A stretch of DNA of 64,000 nucleotides from the NCBI GenBank assembly GCA_002269645.1, contig NIVC01000282.1, positions 124,001 to 188,000 on the forward strand. Direction: 5' to 3'. The translations under genes and the position numbers were made by a program. This document shows, in pieces, positions 54,962-64,000 of this stretch (positions are counted from its first letter, which is position 1; the number at the start of each line of letters is the position of its first letter). The notes beneath the pieces were generated by a model. It was not told the DNA's origin, did not search any database, and saw only the letters and a list, made by a program, of their open reading frames with translations. The DNA is from Macrostomum lignano (taxonomy: Eukaryota).

Positions 54962-57796
54962 ATGACGCGCGACATCAGCGGCAAGACCCCCTTCCTGGTG
55001 AAAGTTAAGGAAAAGGATCTCACAGCGGTGGAGCAGTACCTGAGGAATCGGCCTGAGAATTGTGCATCTCTGAAAGACAAGGACTACTGCAGAAGGAACG
55101 CGCTGATCCTTGCTGCAATAAACAAAGATGTCAAAATGATAAAGCTGCTGCTCCAGCACAGGCAGCAGGGTCTGGATGTCGACTGTCAGGTTAGAGTCTT
55201 TAAAATATCTTGGCAGACCAGGTGTTGCTCTAAATTGACTCCCAATTAGCCATAGTTTTTCCTAACCGGCTCCCTTCCAGGACATTCAGGGCCTCACCGC
55301 CCTCGCGCACGCAGCGGAGAGGAACGCTGCTGACGTGGTCAGCGCCCTCCTGGATGCTAGAGCCGACCACCAACTGGCGGACTGCTGCGACAACACGCCG
55401 ATCATTTTGTGTGCCAAGGAGGGCCACCTCGATTCCATCAGAGCGCTGGCTCCGTTTGTTAAGGATGCCGAAGACTGGCAGGTGAAAGGCGATTTCGGTC
55501 TGACAGCCGAGGAGTGGGCCAGACGCATGAAGCACTCGGAAGTGGAGGCCTTCATCAGGGCTAGGTAAGCTCAGTCTGTTTTAGGCTGATAAAGTAAAAA
55601 CTGCAGCATCTTTATTTTTTATTGCTTTGCAGAATTGATGTGATGAGTAGCTCTCGAATTTCTATGGACGAATCGGAAGCAGATGGCAATGGTGACACTA
55701 CTGATCCGACTCAGCCTGAGTCTGTATGTACTTTAAAGAGCGATGGAGATACACGTGCATCAAAAAATGCTGACGATCCACGCAAGGGTGACGCTAAGAC
55801 GGAAAAGTACTACAGTGACGGTGACGGTAAAGAATTTAATAAAAATAGCTCAGAGTTCGGTTCTCCGGTTGGAGTTGGCAACGATAAAAATCTGAGCGCA
55901 GTTGAGCAGTTTCTGCGACTCGGTGGTAAACTAAATGAAATTGCTGAAATCATTACGTTGAACCGGCCTGCTGTACATCAAGAAAACATTTTTAATGACA
56001 ACGTTTTTGATCTTGTGATAGCATTTGTTTTCAAAAAGTTTTTACTGTGCAGAAAATCGTTAGACAGGGACGTCGAACCTACTTGCTTACAAAATAAAAA
56101 AAGTTGCACTAAGAAAATCAGTGCAGATGAAAGAGGAGACGAAAAAGACAGTGACGGCAACGGGGGCGGAAGCGGGGGCGGAAGCGGTGGCGGAAATGGT
56201 GGCGGAAATGGTGGCGGAAATGGTGGCGGAAATGGTGGCGGAAATGGTGGCGGAAATGGTGGCGGAAATGGTGGCGGAAATGGTGGCGGAAATGGTGGCG
56301 GAAATGGTGGCGGAAATGGTGGCGGAAATGGTGGCGGAAATGGTGGCGGAAATGGTGGCGGAAATGGTGGCGGAAATGGTGGCGGAAATGGTGGCGGAAA
56401 TGGTGGCGGAAATGGTGGCGGAAATGGTGGCGGAAATGGTGGCGGAAATGGTGGCGGAAATGGTGGCGGAAACAGTGGCGGAAATGGTGGCGGAAGCGGT
56501 GGCGGAAACAGTGGCGGAAATGGTGGCGGAAATAGTGCCGGAAATGGTGGCGGAAACAGTGGCGGAAATGGTGGCGGAAACAGTGGCGGAAATGGTGGCG
56601 GAAACAGTGGCGGAAATGGTGGCGGAAATGGTGCCGGAAATGGTGCCGGAAACAGTGGCGGAAATGGTGGCGGAAATGGTGGCGGAAATGGTAGCGGAAA
56701 TGGTGGCGGAAACAGTGGCGGAAACAGTGGCGGAAACAGTGGCGGAAACAGTGGCGGAAACAGTGGCGGAAATGGTGGCGGAAACAGTGGCGGAAATGGT
56801 GGCGGAAATAGTGGCGGAAATGGTGGCGGAAATGGTGGCGGAAATGGTGGCGGAAACAGTGGCGGAAATGGTGGCGGAAACAGTGGCGGAAGCGGTGGGG
56901 GAAATGGTGGGGGAAACAGTGGCGGAAATGGTGGCGGAAATGGTGGCGAAAACAGTGGCGGAAATGGTGGCGGAAGCGGTGGCGGAAATGGTGGCGTAAA
57001 TGGTGGCGGAAATAGTGGCGAAAACAGTGGCGGAAATGGTGGCGGAAATGGTGGAGGAAGCGGTGACGGAAACGGTGGCGAAAACAGTGGCGGAAGCAGA
57101 GCAGAAAGAAGTACAAGAAGTCATGATGCTGCAGAACCTGGCAACCAAGCAGATGATATGAGTACATTTATGTTGGAAGAGAACTATGATATCGAAAACA
57201 AAGCTGCTTACATCATAATGTGCAGCCACATAAAAGAGCCCTCTGGAATAAACGTTTCGATTCAGGCGGTGGAACAAATCGTTGGGAATGAAATTCCCAT
57301 TATTATTCGGAGGCTCGGCCTAGCTCTAGCTGACTTCCTTCAACTCAGAGTTGCCGCCGACCTCACGGAGAACCACATTGATCGATTTGTTGGCTTGCAG
57401 GAGGGCCTGGTTGCACAATTCCTGGTGGATTTTTGCTCCATAGGCTCTGAGAAAAGAGACATCCTGCTCCGTCCCAGGGCAGACGTGAACCTTTTCATTG
57501 TTCAAGGCTATGCAGAGGTTGTAGACGGTGCCATTGTCACTTCCTGGCCAGTACGGACATCCGACAGTCACCCGAACAGCCTGTACGCGTGGAGTCACTC
57601 CGCTGGCGAGGACTTGCACTGCAGCCAATTCTTCGACTGCTTCAAAGAGCGCGTGCAGCAGAACGGATTGCTGCAGCGTCACGAAGAGTTCAGGCTTACA
57701 ATGAGGCACGTTTGCCATGAAACACAGCGTCAGACAAGTAACAAGCAAAATCCGCGCGTGAATATGTATCTACAGAAAAATTTGTACTTGCAGTGA
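54962..57796 (+). CDS. Paralogue B: ankyrin repeats + (GGGN)n linker + degenerate caspase-like domain (exons 54962-55189, 55281-55564, 55633-57796)
   Basis: Ankyrin motifs [57 protein letters not shown]; GT-AG introns in phases 0 and 2; the start codon is tentative. Confidence 0.8.
56155..57100 (+). repeat. Coding 12-bp repeat GGTGGCGGAAAT = (GGGN)n
   Basis: About 75 units in frame within paralogue B. Confidence 0.95.
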
Positions 57797-58914
57797 GTGC
57801 ACTTCGGTAATTTTATAATGTTTCTAAATTTTCTATTGCACTAAGATATTTTGCACGATATTTTGCTTAAACATGGATGCTCTACGAACATTTTATTCAA
57901 AGTTTTTTACGGTAAGCCTCGTAAAGTCTCGTGTATGCGATTTCTTAAAAGTATTATTCAATTTCTCCAATGGTTTCAGCATACAGAAAAATTAACTACA
58001 GGGCAACGAGACACGCTTCCTCAGACATTCAGATTGATATTCCACCAACTTATCAGCAGCGGTCATAAGATACACCCATCATTGACCATATACATACATA
58101 TTAAAGCCCCGCTTAAATCATTAGTGAAAAGCAACAACTCTGCCAATTACCATAGACAACCGGTAGAAATCTATTCCCGAGCACTTGGTTTAGTTTCATT
58201 CATTAAAATAGTCTATGGTCGTACTCGTATAGGACGGGCTTTGCCCACCCACAAACCTCACACTGAATGTCGCAGTGGAACAGGTAGTGTGATTGGCACA
58301 TAAATAGTACAGCGTCAATAAACTGACGTCGGTAGGTCCTGATTTATCTCAATCTGTGCGTTTTCGTTCAGTTCAAAACGACGTTGTCATTCTTAATCTA
58401 ACCATGTTTATTTATTTTGCTACACACTGCGATATTTATGACGTCAGTCAGTTGGTTTATGGCTATTATTTATTCTTTAAAGATGCCACTTATGAGCGAA
58501 AAAGACTCAAGTAATACTGAAATAAATGAAGTGTTCTGTTCATTTTTTTCTGGTTCAGATTGATTGTTTAAATTTAAAATTGTAGTTATTGATTTTATTA
58601 AGTAATTGATGCGATAAGGAGACACTACTAAACGGAAAAGTATGTCCTTAGTAATGTTACAGTTTAAATAGCAAACCAAGATCACGTAAGAGGACAGGAC
58701 CTGCCCCAAGTCCCCATGTGAGGGTGGAGAGTGAAGTGAAGTTTAAGTTTAGTTTAAGCCTAAGGATAAAGTAATTTACCTAAGGACTTAAGAAGATATA
58801 GAGGCGTAATTTAAATTCTAACAAAATACATCAAAGACATGACTGACCCTCGATGTGTGCATAAAGATATAAAGGTATAATTTTAATATTATTATGCCTC
58901 CAGGAAAAAAATGC

Positions 58915-59110
58915 GCAGCGAGGAATGAATGCCCTTTCTGCCTCTCCTGTGTCGAGAATGCGGAGCACTTCATCTGTGAATGCCCCGCCTTTACTCAGGA
59001 CAGGCTCACCTACCTCGGCCCAAACCCGGACCCCTCCGACGTTTTCAAGCCCGAGAATCTCTGCCAGCTCGTCCGCTACCTAAGGGCTACCGGGCGAGCG
59101 ACCATCCACC
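58915..59110 (+). mobile_element. 3' fragment of a non-LTR retrotransposon ORF2 (C-terminal CCHC zinc knuckle)
   Basis: [33 protein letters not shown] matches the CxxC..ExxxHxxxxC C-terminal motif of I/R1/Jockey-group LINEs. Confidence 0.65.
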
Positions 59111-59726
59111 TCCTGGACTCTCCGGAGGGGGACCGCGCTGCGGACACCGGCACCACCGGATCTCTCTGCGCGACACCACAGCACCAGCTGCCCGTGGTCG
59201 CCAGGGGCTGGCGGAATGGGCGGCACCGCCTCCTCGCTGCATCCGGATGCCCGGAGCCCCCTGCAGCTGAGTCAAGTAAGTCTCGCTTGTCGCCGATGTC
59301 TCCAGGTCTCGAAGGCATCGTGCATGTACTGCAGGGTGAACTCCGATCATTGCCGAGATTCAGGTAGGCAACTGTCTCCTGTCCTATCTTTGCTACTGGC
59401 ATGAGTAGGTGCTAAGGGATATTTTTTGTTTTAAAAAACTTCACTGCACATCAAACAACGCAGGATGGATGCTTCGTGCTGTGCCTTCATAAAACATGCA
59501 GTAAATATTGGGACAAGGGACTCATTGGGTAGGCGGGACCACAAAGATGACAGATTGCTGGTGATGTCAAATTGGGCCGCTTCATTCAGGTCAGGTCCGT
59601 TTGATGAGCAAATCTTGCCGAAATTTGAACTGGAAGGCTTTGGAATCCATAAAGCAGACTAAAGGTGAGTCAGGAGCTGAAAGATAAAATCAGTAGCCGA
59701 TGGCACAGTATATTCTGTGAGCCAAT

Positions 59727-59826
59727 GGAGAAGAGAGGCAGATTCTCAAGCACTGATGGAGAGCGGAGAGGCAGATTCTCAAGCACTGAGGGGGAGCGGA
59801 GAGGCAGATTCTCAAGCACTGATGGG
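59727..59826. repeat. 33-bp tandem repeat x3 (GAGAGGCAGATTCTCAAGCACTGA..)
   Basis: Direct reading. Confidence 0.85.
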
Positions 59827-60699
59827 GCGCAGTGTGAGAAGCAGGAACGAGCCATCAAAGAGACGTAGATTAACCGAGGTGCAGCATAGAGCTCATTAAA
59901 AATGAGCAAAAATCCAGTAAGCCTATTGAAGCGTCAAGCTCATCTGCATGTACAAGCAGGCATCTGCATGCTCCATACTGCAGCTGCAGACGGACCTAAG
60001 TTAGAAAAGCAAAGCCAATTACATGCTTAGATCGTTGTATCGGGGTCGGAGAGGGGGCGAGGAGGTTCGTGCGCCTCAAAGGACCCGCGAATCAAAGGAT
60101 AGAAAAGTTGTCACGGCACCGGGGCACCATGCGTGCTGCAGGCAGCCACCGGGATTGAGTTGCCTCGTCTAGCGAAGCTCTGGAGCCGGAGCTGCACTGA
60201 ATGACGGCTTGATTAGAAATGCGTTCGGCCACGCAGGACAGCAAGCCGAGGAGACAGAGATGGAGCTGGATAAGGGAAGGCTATGAAGGAGATAGAGTAA
60301 GGGATAGAAGGCGCCCGAAACAGGAAATGAGGAAGCTGTGCGGTCAGAGGGGTTAATGATGTCGGCATGGCTAAGGCAGAGGATTTAGTTTTGCCTCTGT
60401 CCGGGACATGGAATAGAGACACTTATCTTCACTATGAAGATGACGCTCTGGCGCTGGGATGGGATTTTGAGGATGGGCTGGGCCTCCCATGGGGATTTGA
60501 GCACCTCTTGAACTACTCATTCGCTTTGAGCTGATGGAGTAACGACTGGCTACTCGATTCGACTCGAAGATTCCTTAGACGAATAATCTCCAAGTGGGAT
60601 TTTCTACTGTGGAGAAGTTGAAAGATTGCCTAATTTGGTTCCGGTGCTGCGATTTAGCGAAGCATCGATGCTACTTTTCGATTTAATATATTCTTTTCT

Positions 60700-61300
60700 A
60701 ATCTGATCCAATCTAATCTAATCTAATCTAATCTAGTTTAATTTAAACTAATCTAATCTCATCTAATCTAATCTAATCTAATCTCATCTAATCTAATCTC
60801 ATCTAATCTAATCTAATCTCATCTAATCTAATCTAATCTAAACTAAACTAATCTAATCTTTTCTAATCTAATCAAGTCTAATCTAATCTAATCTAATCGA
60901 GTCTAATCTAATCTAATCTATTCTAATCTAATTTAAAGTGATCTAATCTCATCTAATCTAATCTAAACTAATCTAATCTAATCTAACCTAATCTAATCTA
61001 ATCAAGTCTAATCTAATCTAATCAAGTTTAATCTAATTAAGTCTAATCTAATCTAATCTAATCTAATCTAATTTAATTTAATCTAGTCGAATCTAATTTA
61101 ATCTAATCTAATCTAATCTAATCTAATCTAATCTAATCTAATCTAATCTAATAAAGTCTAATCTAATCTAATCAAGTCTAATCTAATCTAATTTAATCTA
61201 ATCTAATCTAGTCTCATCTAATCAAGTCTAATATAATCTAATTTAATTTAATCTAATCTAATCTAATCTAATCTAATCTAATATATTCTATTCTATTCTA
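60700..61300. repeat. (TCTAA)n pentamer microsatellite
   Basis: Direct reading. Confidence 0.95.
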
Positions 61301-61852
61301 TTCTTATCTGATCTATTCTTTTCTATTCGGATTAGATCTAATCTGAACTAATCTAATCGAATGATGATAAGAAAACTGTCTATTTAGTAGCACAGTTCTA
61401 AGTATAAAATGAAGGATGGAAGACCGCAGTCTCAAAAAGCACAGTGCCAATAGAAATCCATCCATTCTTCACCGGCCCATTCTGCACTTCTTCGGCGCAG
61501 GAAATGATTAACGACTTTAGATTGGCTCGCTACTGCACTGTTGCACCGGTCACACTATGGATGCGGTAGGCTGGCCTCCACACCGCTCTTGTGAAAACAG
61601 CAGCAGAGAAAGAGCTCCAAGCGGTCTCAGAGACCCTTCTGTTTGCAGGTCTGGGGTTGGGAAAACTGATTAAAATTCATTGATCCATCTGGCCCCTCCT
61701 CCCTCTCCATCTCTTTCTCTCTCTTCTCTCCATCTTTCAATTACTCTCAGTGTTTTTATCCTGTCACACTTTTTGTCTGTTGGTTTCTTCCTTGGCTCTC
61801 GAATCGGATTCTTGGCGAAGAAAACTTTCACTACATATCGGCGAGAATGGCT

Positions 61853-62390
61853 ATAGCTTCTGCAAGAGGTACCATAGCTTCTGCAAGAGGTACCATAGCT
61901 TCTGCAATGGGTACCATAGCTTCTGCAAGAGGTACCATAGCTTCTGCAAGAGGTACCATAGCTTCTGCAAGAGGTACCATAGCTTCTGCAAGAGGTACCA
62001 TAGCTTCTGCAAGAGGTACCATAGCTTCTGCAATGGGTACCATAGCTTCTGCAATGGGTACCATAGCTTCTGCAATGGGTACCATAGCTTCTGCAATGGG
62101 TACCATAGCTTCTGCAAGAGGTACCATAGCTTCTGCAATGGGTACCATAGCTTCTGCAAGAGGTACCATAGCTTCTGCAAGAGGTACCATAGCTTCTGCA
62201 AGAGGTAACATAGCTTCTGCAAGAGGTACCATAGCTTCTGCAATAGGTATCATAGCTTCTGCAAGAGGTACCGTAGCTTCTGCAAGAGGTACCGTAGCTT
62301 CTGCAAGAGGTACCATAGCTTCTGCAAGAGGTACCATAGCTTCTGCAAGAGGTACCATAGCTTCTGCAAGGGGCGCCAGAGCTTCTGCAA
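61853..62390. repeat. Minisatellite, 21-bp unit AGCTTCTGCAAGAGGTACCAT
   Basis: Direct reading, ~25 copies. Confidence 0.95.
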
Positions 62391-63469
62391 CTCGCAGACA
62401 CCTGATACGTACAAGCCAGCCTGGCAATGTACACACACCCTGTACCAAAAGAGGCTGGCCCCTCCTGAGTTAAGGTGACCGCGCCACCGAATCGAACCCA
62501 GAAGCAACAGTCGGACTCGAGGCGGCATCCTCTGTCAAATTTGTCGATAAGTGGACATTGAACCTGGACATTTCTTATCAGGAAAATTCTGCTTCAGCAT
62601 TGCATGGCTTACAGATGTCCTGAGGGCCTTCATTGATCGGCTGACTACTCTGTTCTGTTTCGAATTTCTGTCAGCGTTTCTCATCGCCTCCCGAAGGCCT
62701 ACTTTTCGATGTCAATTTTGTCACAGGCGGTCAATCAGAAATATGGCTTGAGTTGTAATCCCCCTCCTAGTCTCATGTAATCCCCTTGAAGCAGTGAGGC
62801 GTTCCAGTGCTCTAGGCTGAGTCCGATCTTAAGTTGCTTTTCTCAATGATACCACTGGATTTGCTGCGAATAGCGTGGGTGAAGGAACAGACGGTTGACA
62901 ATGAGGGGAGCGGTTGATGCCACATAAGTCGGAATTGGAGCCACTGAAGCAACTTGTGGGGCTAAACAACCGAGTTGTGGCGCTAAAGAAGATGTTAAGC
63001 TGTACTTGTGACCCAGAATTTCTTGGTAAGGCATACATGTAAGTACGACCGTTCGAGTATTTCTTTTATTACAACACTTTAGTGCAATCAAGGCAGCTGC
63101 GTCATACTCATAAATAATGCATAGATTTCTAAATCTGTGCTCACCAAGACTTTCGGGGAACTCTGTTGCAATCCATCGGACACATAAATGAGAAATGCTA
63201 GACCGAAGCTAGTGACCTGCACTTTGCATTCGCTTCGTAGCTGTAACCCAGTCTGTGCTGCCCAGGCAATTTTACTGAAACAAATTGATTGGCCGACTTA
63301 TCGAGTGCGACACAAGTGAGGGAAGTTTGGCTAGCAGAAGGTAGAAAGCACAATTGATTTTTAAAGTCGCATCGAAGATTCCACTTCGATCTTCCGTGTT
63401 TTTTTAGAACGAAGTGATAAGAAGGGAACTGTGGGAAGGATGCTTCAATTCAGGTTGACGCTGGCGCCT

Positions 63470-64000
63470 CACGTCAACGAGACTCTAGAACCTCACGTCG
63501 AGGAGACTGACTGTGGAACCTCACGTCAAGGGGACTCTAGAACCTCACGTCAAGGGGACTCTAGAACCTCACGTCAAGGGGACTCTAGAACCTCACGTCA
63601 AGGGGACTCTAGAACCTCACGTCAAGGGGACTCTAGAACCTCACGTCGAGGAGACTGTGGAACCTCACTTCAAGGAGACTTTGGAACCTCACGTCGAGGA
63701 GACTGTGGAACCTCACTTCAAGGAGACTTTGGAACCTCACGTCGAGGAGACTGTGGAACCTGACGTCAAAGGGACTCTAGAACCTCACGTCAAAGGGACT
63801 CTAGAACCTCACGACAAGGAGACTCTAGAACCTCACGTCAAAGGGACTCTAGAACTTCACGACAAGGAGACTCTAGAACCTCACGTCAAAGGGACTCTAG
63901 AACCTCACGTCAAAGGGACTCTAGAACCTCACGTCAAAGGGACTCTAGAACCTCACGTCAAAGGGACTCTAGAACCTCACGTCAAAGGGACTCTAGAACC
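63470..64000. repeat. Minisatellite, 24-bp unit CTAGAACCTCACGTCAA(A/G)GGGACT, runs off the window end
   Basis: Direct reading. Confidence 0.95.

Noticed and set aside
56087-57277. Antisense ORFs (SATI)n and (FRHH)n, and alternate-frame (AEMV)n
   Set aside because: Shadows of the (GGGN)n coding repeat
59465-59868. ORFs including three RGRFSS (RxRxxS-like) repeats
   Set aside because: The GTG start coincides with a donor-like AAG|GTGAGT, and the motif arises from a 33-bp tandem repeat; no gene model could be built
61670-62528. ORFs of 130-254 aa on both strands
   Set aside because: Translations of the 21-bp array

Overview
Animal genomic DNA with spliced genes, GC-rich exons and AT-rich, minisatellite-filled introns. 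The style resembles free-living flatworms such as Macrostomum, but that is inference only. (1) Bases 1-10671 hold a Ty3/Gypsy LTR retroelement with an unusual layout: Gag, an internal signal peptide, a class III (herpes gB/chuvirus G-like) envelope glycoprotein, a TM helix, a tail with clustered ESCRT late motifs (LYPSI, PTAP, PPNY), then PR-RT-RNaseH-IN. One -1 frame break lies inside env. Two paralogous double-RING accessory ORFs follow, then a PPT and an 861-bp 3' LTR; the 5' LTR is outside the window. (2) Host genes: a secreted single-CUB protein (-), PPP1R37-like (-, 6 coding exons, repeat-expanded C-terminus), intronless ADO (+), a CRMP-type dihydropyrimidinase-like gene lacking several catalytic residues (+, 6 exons, one GC-AG intron), and a tandem pair of glycine-linker/degenerate caspase-like genes, the second with N-terminal ankyrin repeats. 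(3) About 20 tandem-repeat arrays, tRNA-derived SINEs, several MITEs with visible TSDs, and a non-LTR fragment. All family assignments come from motif recognition by eye; no database search was run.
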